A stretch of DNA of 64,000 nt from the human T2T-CHM13v2.0 reference genome, Homo sapiens. The notes under the pieces are model-generated. The model saw only the letters and a list, made by a program, of their open reading frames with translations, had not been told where the DNA came from and did no database searches. The translations under genes and the position numbers were made by a program. Of the stretch, positions 1 to 9,412 are shown piece by piece. The first letter of the stretch is position 1. The number at the start of each line of letters is the position of its first letter. The DNA is taken from the NCBI RefSeq assembly GCF_009914755.1, contig NC_060938.1; one strand, written 5' to 3'.

Positions 1-304
1 CAACGGGACCCTCCTGCTGGCCCACGTGGCTGCCAGAGCCCATGCTGGCACGACGCTCCAGCAGGTCGGCGTCCCTGCGGAACACACTACCGGTGACATG
101 GCTAGCATGACCCTCCTTCCTGGCAGTGACACTGTTGATGTGAACCCCAGTTTCACATCTGTCATTTGTAAATAGGACCACTTTCCCTTTTCTCTCTCCC
201 TTCCATTCACAGGGCTTTTCATTCTCTCTCTTTCTGCCTCCGTTTCAGATATTTACTCACCTTTTTCTCTCTCACTATGTCTGCCGTGGTCTCCATGAGA
301 GTGC

Positions 305-640
305 GCCACATAAGTTTCCGCCATTAAAAGTCATGAATTGAGTGGCTTTTAGTATAACTGTGGTCGTGCAATTTCAATTTTAATTCGCAATCCATTGTAG
401 AACGTCTTATCACCCCCGACCAGAGAAGAACCCTGTAGACATTAGTCACTCCTCATTCTCTCTCAAACCCTCTTCCTGACCCTCAGCCCTAGGTAGCAAC
501 TACCTAGTGCGATCAACCCCATATGCACAGATATCCATATTGTGGACATTTCCTACAAACGGAATTGCACAATAGGTGAGCTGTTATGACTGACATAACA
601 CGTAGCACAATATTTTCAAGATTCATCCACATTGTAGGCT
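305..640 (-). mobile_element. Old L1M (L1MB/ME-like) 3' end fragment
   Basis: Resembles antisense L1M 3'UTR motifs (gagtggcttttagtata...tagaacgtcttatcacccc...ggacatttcctacaaacggaat...caagattcatccacattgtag); diverged. Confidence 0.6.
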
Positions 641-694
641 GACCCACAGGGGGAAACCATTTTGTGGGGAGTTTTAGTGACACCGGGTGTTTTG

Positions 695-800
695 TCCTTC
701 TTTTCGTCCTTCTTTCCTTCCTTCCTTCTTTCCTTCCTTCCTTCCTTCCTACCTTCCTTCTTTCCTTCCTTCCTTCCTTCCTTCCTTCCTTCCTTCCTCC
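695..800 (+). repeat. (TTCC)n simple repeat
   Basis: Direct tandem ttcc/cctt units. Confidence 0.95.
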
Positions 801-1059
801 TATTTGTCTCTTACTCCTTCTGCCCTCTCTCTTTCATATGCCTTAGGTGCATCCCACATTCTGCGTTTTTTTGGGGAAATCCTCGACAGGTGCAGGAAAA
901 TTGTGTTATTGTAACTATTTACCGCTATCTCTCTTTCACGGCTCTCCATCAGTTGTGAACATCTATTGGTTTATCCCAAGTCACTAAGCATATTTTTATT
1001 AGGTACACCTGTTTTTCCTTATACAGCTGTTTCTGGAGTATAGGGTCGCATACTCACAA

Positions 1060-1155
1060 ACCCAGTGTAACTCAGAAACGCATCTAATATTCCAATAAAC
1101 CCATCTTAACGTTGAAAAATCATGAATCAAACCATCATAAGTTACGGTTTGTCCG
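1060..1155. mobile_element. Tigger4/Zombi-type DNA transposon remnant
   Basis: ccaataaacccatcttaacgttgaaaaatc...aaccatcataagtt resembles the Tigger4a core. Confidence 0.45.
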
Positions 1156-1534
1156 TGGATATGGGTGTCATCAATTCCATTGTATTCAGTAATGCTGTAC
1201 ACCATTAACAATGGCAGACTGATTGGGAGTGTATATTGATAGCATTATAACAGTCAGTTATTAGAGGGATACTTCTTTAACCTGACTGAAGAAGTGATCT
1301 AATGGCTTTAGTACAGTGCATGATTATGTGAGATGTTTTGAGACAGAGTAGTACATTTGTGAATGAAATTTTATGGCTTTTTTTCACTTAGTAGGAACCA
1401 TTGTGTGTGGAAAAGTGAGAAAATTGCTTTCTGCTGTAGGGTCTGGCATTCATTGTGGATTTAAGCTTATTTTTCTGTGAGCAAATCTTATTCAATAAAA
1501 TACTATTCTTTATACTAAAAAACAAAAACAGTGG

Positions 1535-1850
1535 TGATGTGTGGTCATTATCCTCAGCAAACTAGTCTAGGGAAAGAAAACCAAACGCCACATTCTCACT
1601 TAAAATGGGAGCAGAAAAATGAGATCACATGGACACTGGAAGGGGAACAACACACACTGGGGCCTTTCGGGAGGCAGAGCTTTAAGAAAAACAGCTACTG
1701 CATGCTGGGCTTAATACCTAGGTGATGGGTTGACAGGTGCAGCAAACCACCATGACCCACGTTTACCTTAGTAACAAATCTGCACATCCTGCACATATAC
1801 CCCAGAACTTAGAAACGAAACGAAACAAAAGAAAACGAAAAAGCAATAGC
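1535..1850 (+). mobile_element. L1PA/PB 3' end with A-rich tail
   Basis: cattatcctcagcaaacta...ggtgatgggttgacaggtgcagcaaaccaccatg...cccagaacttag followed by a degenerate poly(A). Confidence 0.85.
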
Positions 1851-2024
1851 AAAGCGCTAAAGGCAAAATAAAGTTTCCAACTCCGAAAGTGACAGACCAA
1901 TGTTTGGTTCAAATCATGGTTCTCAGCCCAGGCGCCATAAGGTCAGGATAAAGAATTTGATTACATATTGTAAATAAGACATGCAACAAATGACCAGAAA
2001 GATTATTCTCAACATATGTGTGTC

Positions 2025-2490
2025 TTCTAATTCAATGGTGACACTATCTACCGGGACATAGCATTAGATTCCAAAGGGCTGAGTCCCGCCAGACAGGCCT
2101 CCCACACTCATAACAACGGGAAGCCCTACGTTGTATTACCTGTGCTTCTCAGCAACTGGCTATAAATCAGGTTGCCACCACTCCCAGATTTAGTTGCATT
2201 CATTGGCTGGAAGAGCTCACAGCACGCAGAGAAACACTTACATTTGCCGTTGTATTTTAGCGGACATTGCAAAAAGTTCAGAAATAAATGTGGGGCCCGG
2301 CATGTGGGGAGGGGTGCACTGCCTTCCAGGAAGTGTTATCCAGAAGCTCTCTGAACCCAGTCCTTTTGGGTTTTTATGGAGACCTCATTCTATAGGCATG
2401 ATGGGTTAAACCATAGGCTATTGGTGATCAACTCCACCTGAGGCTCTCAACCCTCCCTGGAAATTGGGGTTGAGGCTTTGCCATTCTCAG
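2025..2490. mobile_element. MER21-like LTR
   Basis: acactatctaccgggacatagcattagattcc...gggctgagtccc and cagaagctctctgaacccagtccttttgggtttttatggag match recalled MER21B/C motifs. Confidence 0.7.
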
Positions 2491-2557
2491 TCTGACTAAA
2501 AGAAGTTACCCAAACGGAATTTTAAAACAGATGAGCATAACTGGACTCTTAATTAGA

Positions 2558-2568
2558 TGATTGGATTA
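2558..2568 (-). promoter_or_regulatory. Perfect DUX4 binding motif (TAATCCAATCA on - strand)
   Basis: + strand TGATTGGATTA at 2558-2568 matches TAAYCYAATCA; an overlapping near-match TAATTAGATGA lies at 2550-2560. Confidence 0.65.
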
Positions 2569-3030
2569 TCTGGACACACACCTTGATATTCCAAACCGGA
2601 GCACCCTCATCCAACGAATGCTCCACCCAACTGGCTCCCAAGTCTCCACGTGGTTCCAGAGCAAAGGAATGTTTATACAACGCATATCTCTACTTTTTCT
2701 TCAAAGTCTTTTCGCTTACACGGAAAGACTTCTTCAACTGCCATGCATCAGGGTCAGGGGGAGGTCTTGTTGCAACACACATCTGTGGATCTCCGGGATT
2801 TGATTGTGGCAAGGATGCTGCTGGTGTCGAAACCACAACGTGGGAACCACAGAACCACTGTTTGGTTTTCAGTGTTTCAGTGCATACAATTCCTAATATA
2901 TCTGGCCAAGAAAACTTGGAAGTTCTTAGATTGTCCCAAAGGTGGCGCATGAAATCAAAGCAGGAGAACAGTTTCCTACGAGGTGTAGCCTGGGAAAGTT
3001 GGGGGTGACTGATGGAAAGGAGGAGTGAAG

Positions 3031-3101
3031 CTCCGCCCTTTCCGCTGCTAGGCTGCGCCCGAGGCTATTTAAACCCACCCTGGCTGGCCTGTACTCAGAT
3101 C
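3031..3101 (+). promoter_or_regulatory. Core promoter: GC box, TATA-like box and Inr (predicted TSS A3097)
   Basis: CCGCCC 3033-3038; TATTTAAA 3066-3073; TCAGATC 3095-3101 matches YYANWYY with +1 A exactly 31 nt after the TATA start; local CpG cluster at about 3030-3190. Confidence 0.6.
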
Positions 3102-3221
3102 TTCGCGGAGCGGATCAGCGGCCTGAGCGTTTGGCGGACTCTGCGTGGACTTGGAGCTCACGGCGTCTTGCGACTTGAAAGCGGATTCAGAGGACAGGAC
3201 AGAACACTTGGGCAAGTGAAT

Positions 3222-3360
3222 CTCTGTCTGTCTGTCTGTCTGTCTGTGTGTCTGTCTCATTGGTTGGTTGATTTCCATTTTCTTAAGGGGCACATACCTC
3301 ACACCGCACACACAGAAACACACACACACACACACACACGCACACACACGCACACACACT
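3222..3360 (+). repeat. (CTGT)n and (CA)n microsatellites, inside a putative 5'UTR intron
   Basis: Tandem units at about 3222-3258 and 3305-3360. Confidence 0.9.
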
Positions 3361-3420
3361 CCTTCCTTCTGCGAGTTAGAAAATTAGTAGGGGCCCCTGG
3401 GAGCTGCAGGTTTCCTAATC

Positions 3421-6012
3421 ATGTCTGCACCTAAGAACAGTAGGGTCTTGTCTGGCTCTTCTTATGAACGGTCCCCCAGCCTGGACTCCCCAAGGTCCAT
3501 GCGAGCCTCACCCAGCTTCTCCCTCTCCCCTCTCAGAAACTCAGGCTTAAGGGGAAGCTCCTCACCAGGGATCCGGACCTACTATTCACCATCACCTAGG
3601 GCTTCACCACACTCACCTCTGTCATCACCAGAATCCCACAAGCGCCCATTTCCCTGTCCTCACCGTGATGGGCAATCAATGAAGCCATCGGGCTCTCCCG
3701 TGTCCTCCTCTGAGGATTCCTCAGAGTCCCCACGATCATCAATAATATACCACATGTTCTTACTGCCATCACCCAGCAGCTCACCCCCAGCTCTCGGGGG
3801 GTCTCCTGTGTCTCCCAGCTACTCTCCAAACAACCCCAGATTTCAGCTGGAGTCAGCCCCCCACACCCAGGAATCACCTACAAACTCACGAGCCTCACGG
3901 TGCTCCACCCCTGTGTCTTTCATCTCTTCACCCCCAGGCCTCAGGGACTCTCCTGTGGCTCCCAGTTCCTCTCCAGCCATCCCCAGGTTCCTGCGGGAGT
4001 CAGCCCCATGCACCCAGGAGTCCCCCAGAGACTCACATGTCTCGGGAGAATATGAGCGGTCCCCCAGCCCTGACTCCTCAAGATTCAGGCCTGCCTCACC
4101 CAGCTTCTCCCTCTCCCCTCCCAGAAACTCAGACCCAAGGGGCAGCTCCTCACCAGGGATGTGGAAGTACTCTACATCATCCCGCAGGGCTTCACCACTC
4201 TCACATCCATCATCAACAGAATTCCACAGCTTTACGTTTCCCTTTCCTAACCAAGCAGGACAGTCACTCATGTCATTGTGTTCTCCCGTGTCCTCCTCTG
4301 GAGATTCTTCACAGTCACCTCATTCATCAATAATATACCATATGTTCTTACTGCCATCATCCAGCAGCTCATCCCCAGCCACCCATGACTCTCCTGTCTG
4401 TCCCAGCTACTCTCCAACCACGCCCAGATTTCAGCGGGAGTCTGTACCCCACACCCCAGAAACACCTACAAACTCACAGACCTCAGTGAGATCCTGGCCA
4501 GTCTCTCTCACGTCTTCACCCCCAGCCCTTACGGACCCTCCAGTCTGTCCCAGCTACTCTCCAACCACGCCCACATTTCAGCGTGGGTCAGTTCCAGGAA
4601 CCCAGGGATCACCGCCAAGCCCACCACTTTCACTGAGTTACTCCCCAGTCTCTAGCACGTCTTTATCTCCAACCCTCAGGGACTCGCCTGACTGTCCCAG
4701 CTACTCTCCAAACACGCCCACACTTCAGCGGGAGTCCGTTGCAGGCACCCAGAAATCACCACCAAACTCACCAATTTCACTGCGTTACTCCCCAGTCTCT
4801 CTCATGTCTTCACCATCCCTCAGGGACTCTCCTGTCTGTCCCAGCTACTCTCCAACCACGCCCACATTGCAGCTGGAGTCAGTTCCAGGCACCCCGGAAT
4901 CACCACCAAACTCACCAATTTCACTCAGTTACTCCTCAGTCTCTAGCACGTCTTTATCTCCAACCCTCAGGGACCCTCCAGTCTGTCCCAGCTACTCTCC
5001 AACCACGCCCACATTTCAGCGTGGGTCAGTTCCAGGAACCCAGGGATCACCGCCAAGCCCACCACTTTCACTGAGTTACTCCCCAGTCTCTAGCACGTCT
5101 TTATCTCCAACCCTCAGGGACTCGCCTGACTGTCCCAGCTACTCTCCAAACACGCCCACACTTCCGCGGGAGTCCGTTGCAGGCAACCAGAAATCACCAC
5201 CAAACTCACCAATTTCACTGCCTTACTCCCCAGTCTCTCTCATGTCTTCACCATCCCTCAGGGACTCTCCCGTCTGTCCCAGCTACTCTCCAACCACGCC
5301 CACATTGCAGCTGGAGTCAGTTCCAGGCACCCCGGAATCACCACCAAACTCACCAATTTCACTCAGTTACTCCTCAGTCTCTAGCACGTCTTTATCTCCA
5401 ACCCTCAGGGACTCTCCTGTGTGTCCCAGCTACTCTCCAACCACGCCCACACTTCAGCGGGAGTCAGTTCCAGGCACCCCGGAATCACCACCAAACTCAC
5501 CAATTTCACTCAGTTACTCCTCAGTCTCTAGCACGTCTTTATCTCCAACCCTCAGGGACTCTCCTGTCTGTCCCAGCTACTCTCCAACCACGCCCACATT
5601 TCAGCTGGAGTCAGTTCCAGGCACCCCGGAGTCACCACCAAACTCTCCAGTTTCACTCAGTTACTCCCCGGTCTCTCTCATGTCTTCACCCCCAGCCCTC
5701 AGGGACTCTCCTGTGTGTCCCAGCTACTCTCCAACCATGCCCAGATTTCAGCGGGAGTCAGTTCCAGGCACCCAGGTATCACCTACAAACTCAGCAGTTT
5801 CACTGAGTTACTCCCCTGTCTCTCTCATGTCTTCACCCCCAGCCCCCTGGGACTCTCCTGTCTGTCCCAGCTACTCCCCCACCACGCCCAGATTTCAGAG
5901 GGAGTCAATAGTCTTTATAATTTGGTATGTTTTTGCAGTGGCTGTTACCAGTTGTTCCTTTCCGTGTTTAGTGCTTCCTTCAGGAGCTCTTGTAAGGCAG
6001 GCATGGTGGTGA
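3421..6012 (+). CDS. Putative 863-aa Ser/Pro/Thr-rich tandem-repeat protein encoded by the ACRO1 array (CTD-like PSYSPTTP motifs); last ~35 codons read from antisense L1
   Basis: ATG with A at -3; no stop in 2589 nt; 49-aa repeat; length variants are in frame; upstream core promoter. Expression cannot be shown from sequence. Confidence 0.5.
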   Translation: MSAPKNSRVLSGSSYERSPSLDSPRSMRASPSFSLSPLRNSGLRGSSSPGIRTYYSPSPRASPHSPLSSPESHKRPFPCPHRDGQSMKPSGSPVSSSEDSSESPRSSIIYHMFLLPSPSSSPPALGGSPVSPSYSPNNPRFQLESAPHTQESPTNSRASRCSTPVSFISSPPGLRDSPVAPSSSPAIPRFLRESAPCTQESPRDSHVSGEYERSPSPDSSRFRPASPSFSLSPPRNSDPRGSSSPGMWKYSTSSRRASPLSHPSSTEFHSFTFPFPNQAGQSLMSLCSPVSSSGDSSQSPHSSIIYHMFLLPSSSSSSPATHDSPVCPSYSPTTPRFQRESVPHTPETPTNSQTSVRSWPVSLTSSPPALTDPPVCPSYSPTTPTFQRGSVPGTQGSPPSPPLSLSYSPVSSTSLSPTLRDSPDCPSYSPNTPTLQRESVAGTQKSPPNSPISLRYSPVSLMSSPSLRDSPVCPSYSPTTPTLQLESVPGTPESPPNSPISLSYSSVSSTSLSPTLRDPPVCPSYSPTTPTFQRGSVPGTQGSPPSPPLSLSYSPVSSTSLSPTLRDSPDCPSYSPNTPTLPRESVAGNQKSPPNSPISLPYSPVSLMSSPSLRDSPVCPSYSPTTPTLQLESVPGTPESPPNSPISLSYSSVSSTSLSPTLRDSPVCPSYSPTTPTLQRESVPGTPESPPNSPISLSYSSVSSTSLSPTLRDSPVCPSYSPTTPTFQLESVPGTPESPPNSPVSLSYSPVSLMSSPPALRDSPVCPSYSPTMPRFQRESVPGTQVSPTNSAVSLSYSPVSLMSSPPAPWDSPVCPSYSPTTPRFQRESIVFIIWYVFAVAVTSCSFPCLVLPSGALVRQAWW
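3463..5907 (+). repeat. ACRO1 147-bp satellite array (diverged 588-bp duplicated head plus 11 core monomers)
   Basis: cccagctact anchor at 4402, 4549, 4696, 4840, 4987, 5134, 5278, 5425, 5572, 5719, 5866 (spacing 147 or 144); further anchors at 3814 and 3961 (variant cccagttcct); 147 bp is the ACRO1 unit length. Confidence 0.9.
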
Positions 6013-7200
6013 CAATATCTCTCTGCATTTGCTTGTAAAGGATTTTATTTCTCCTTCAATTATGAAGCTTAGTTTGGCTGGATATGAAATTCTGGCTTGA
6101 AAATTCTTTTCTTTAGGAATGTTGTGTATTGGCCCCCACTCTCTTCTGGCTTGTAGGTTTTCTGCCAAGAGATCCACTGTTAGTCTGACGGGCTTCCCTT
6201 TGTGGGTAACTCAACCTTTCTCTCTGGATGCCCTTAATATTTTTTCCTTCATTTCAACCTTGGTGAATCTGATGATTTTGTGTCTTGGGGTTGCTCTTCT
6301 TGAGGAGTATCTTAGTGGTGTTCTCTGTATTTCCTGAATTTGAATGTTGGCCTGTCTTGCTATGTTGGGGAAGTTCTCCTGGATAATATCCTTAAGAGTT
6401 TTTTCCAACTTGGTTCCATTCTTTCTGTCACTTTCAGGTACACCAATCAAACGTAGATTCAGTCTTTTAACATAGTCCTCTATGTCTTGGAGGCTTTGTT
6501 CATTTCTTTTCACTCTTTTTTCTCTAATCTTGCCTTCTTGCTTTATTTCATTGAGTTGATCTTTAATCTCTGATATCCTTTCTCCTGATTGATTGAATCA
6601 ACTATTGATACTTGTGTATGCTTCATGAAGTTCTTGTGCTGGGTTTTTCAGCTCCATGAGGTCATTTATATTCTTCTCTAAACTGGTTATTCTAGTTAAC
6701 AATTCGTCTAACCTTTATTTTTCAGACTCTTAGCTTCCTTGCATTGGGTTAGAACGTGCTCCTTTAGCTCGGAGGAGTTTTTTATTACCCACCTTCCGAA
6801 GCCTACTTCTGTCAATTCGTCAAACTCATTGTCTGTCCAGTTTTGTTCCCTTCCTGGCGGGGAGTTGTGATCTTCTGGAGGAGAAGAGGCATTCTAACTT
6901 TTGGAGTTTTCAGCATTTTTGCACTGGTTTCTCCCCATCTTTGTGGATTTATTTACCTTTGGTCTTTGATGTTGGTGATGTCTATACTATTCCTTTCTGT
7001 TTCTTAGTTTTCCTTCTAACAGTCAGGTCCCTCTCTGCAGGTTTGCTCGAGTTTGCTGGAGGTCCACTCCAGACCCTTTTTGCCTGGGTATCACCAGTGG
7101 AGGCTCAGTTGGAAATGCATGAACCACCTGCCTTCTGTGTTGATCTCACTGGGTGCTGCAGGCCGGAGCTGTTCCTATTCAGAAATCTTGCCAGATCTCC
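5908..7200 (-). mobile_element. L1PA (about PA7-PA10) fragment: internally deleted 5'UTR plus disrupted ORF1, cut just after the ORF1 stop
   Basis: Minus-strand ORFs give L1 ORF1p peptides (NEQSLQDIEDYVKRLNLRLIGVPE; RISYPAKLSF); L1 5' end motif ggagctgttcctattc near 7165-7200. Confidence 0.92.
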
Positions 7201-7983
7201 TGTAATACTTTAATGAATGGGTGTAGTCCTCTCTTCTCAAGGTCCCCAAATATCTTGAGGTTCCTGGGCCCTTCAGAAAGTGACATTCTTTACTTCTTAC
7301 CACAAGGATAGCAACTTTGTAAAGGACCTTTGTAGACAGGACATCAAGCCAGTCATTCTAAGGGGCTTTGTATTGGTGCTATAAAGTCAACCTCAATTCC
7401 TTAAAGTGGTCTGGTTGTATCTGCCATTCGAGTTAAAGCCTTGATAAAACAAACAGTGTCTCCAATTGAATCTTGTTACCAAAAACAGATTCTTATTGAA
7501 ATTATGTAAATAATTATATTGCCATAATTTAAGAATGCTCACGAATGGCTTCTGAATTCTGGAGAAATCAGCTAGGGAGACAGATAAATGGCTCAAATTT
7601 TTGTTCACAATGTAGTTTATCTAATGTATTGTAAGTTAAAAATAGCTGAAAAGGAAAAAAATTCTTGACTTTGGAAAACAAAACATAAAGAGGATCAACA
7701 ATGTTTCTAATGGAAGGGCCATGGATAAAATCTTTTCCTTCTTTTATAAGTTCAGTCCCATATAACTAAATCTTGTTCTGCTTGATTTCAAATAGCAATT
7801 CTCATTCAGTTTTTTGTGTTTTGCTTGATTTCAATTAGAAATTCTCATTCAGCTTTTTAGAGTCCTGGAAGATTTTCCTAGTCCAATGGTATGATCCCCA
7901 AAGTTATCTGAAACCATATTCAAGAGAACTTGTCAGAATCCTTTCCATTAGAAGTAATTTAGATGATAGCTGATTGTAAAGGC

Positions 7984-8277
7984 TTTTTTTTTTTTGAGAC
8001 ACGGTCTGGCTCTATCACTCAGGATGGAGTGCAGTGGCATGATCTTGGTTCACTGCAATCTCTCCCTCCCAAACTCAAGCCATCCTCCTACCTCACCCTC
8101 CGAAGTAGCTGGGACCATAGGCATGCATCATCATGCCTGGCTAATTTTTGTATTTTTGTAGAGACAGGATTTTACCATGTTGCCTAGGCTGCTTTCAAAC
8201 TTCTTAGTTTAAGCAATTCACCCACCTCGACCTTGCAAAGTGCTGGGATATTTACACGCATGAGCCACCATGCCCTG
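7984..8277 (-). mobile_element. AluJ-like
   Basis: Poly-T followed by gagacacgg...gagccacca. Confidence 0.9.
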
Positions 8278-8699
8278 CACCATGCCCAGCACCGTGCCCT
8301 GCATGGCCTCCAGCACCATGCCCGGCCTGTAAAGGGTTTTAGAGAAGAACTTCAATCAATCACCGTGGATGACAAAAACTTAGAATAGCCTTTGGTTAAA
8401 ATCCAGTGGAAGTTCTCAAATCTCAAGAAAATTTAGTTATTTGTATTATATGTAGCATTTTAAGATCACAGCCAGAATCATGACTGATGGCAACGCATCA
8501 GATCCATCAGACTTCCACAAATTTTATATAATCTTTAGAATATTTATATTAATAATATATCTATACACATACAACTTTAGAAAATATTTAACATCATCAA
8601 AATTATGACTGAAACCCTATTAGATTTTTATAATTTATATAAGGTTTAAAATATTTATATTAATAACATACCTATGAAAGTAACCAAAAGAAGATTTAA

Positions 8700-8991
8700 G
8701 CTGGGCACAGTGGCTCATGCCTGTAATCCCAACACTTTGGGAGGCCAAGTTGGACAGATCATCAGAGGTCAGGAGTTCGACACCTGCCTGGCCAACATGG
8801 AGAAATCTTGTCTCTACTAAAAATACAAAATTAGCCGGGCATGGTGGCACGTGTCTGTAGTCCCAGCTACTTGGGAGGTTGAGGCAGAAGAATTGCTTGA
8901 ACCTTGGGGCAGAATTTGCAGTGAACCTAGATCATGCCACAGCACTCCAGCCTGGGTGACAAAGCAAGATTCTGTCTCAGAGAAAAAAAAA
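8700..8991 (+). mobile_element. AluS-like
   Basis: gctgggcacagtggctcatgcc...A tail. Confidence 0.93.
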
Positions 8992-9109
8992 GAAGATTTA
9001 GTGTTATTTATCTTTTGGCAATGCTTCCCATACAATGTTACCAACTAAGTTTTAGCAAAGATGTCAAAAAATTGAAAACATTTGACCTAAACGGAATGGC
9101 AGTTTATTG

Positions 9110-9412
9110 TTTTTTATTTTATTACTTTTTTGAGACAGGGTCTCACCCTGTTGCCCAGGCTGTAGTGCAGTGGTGAAATCATGGCTCACTGCAGCCTCAA
9201 CCTCCCAGGCTCAGGTGATTCTCCACCTTAGTCTCCCAAGTAGCCAGGACTATGAGCACTTGCTACCACACCTAGCTAGCTTTTGTATTTTTAGTAGAGA
9301 TGGGGTTTTGCCATTTTGCCCAGGCTGGACTTGAACTCCTGGGCTCAAGTGATCCACCCACCTTGGCCTCCCAAAGGGCTGGAATTACAGACAAGAGCCG
9401 CTGCACACAGCC
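9110..9412 (-). mobile_element. AluJ-like
   Basis: Antisense Alu dimer. Confidence 0.9.

Noticed and set aside
662-958. Phe/Leu/Pro/Ser-rich ORFs
   Set aside because: Translation of the (TTCC)n microsatellite.
4739-5806. His/Gln-rich alternative-frame ORFs
   Set aside because: Shadow frames of the ACRO1 repeat, interrupted by stops and mostly lacking ATG starts.
3421-6012. Calling the ORF POLR2A/RPB1, a mucin or an extensin
   Set aside because: No polymerase domains, no contiguous heptads and no signal peptide; the similarity is limited to one motif per 49 aa.
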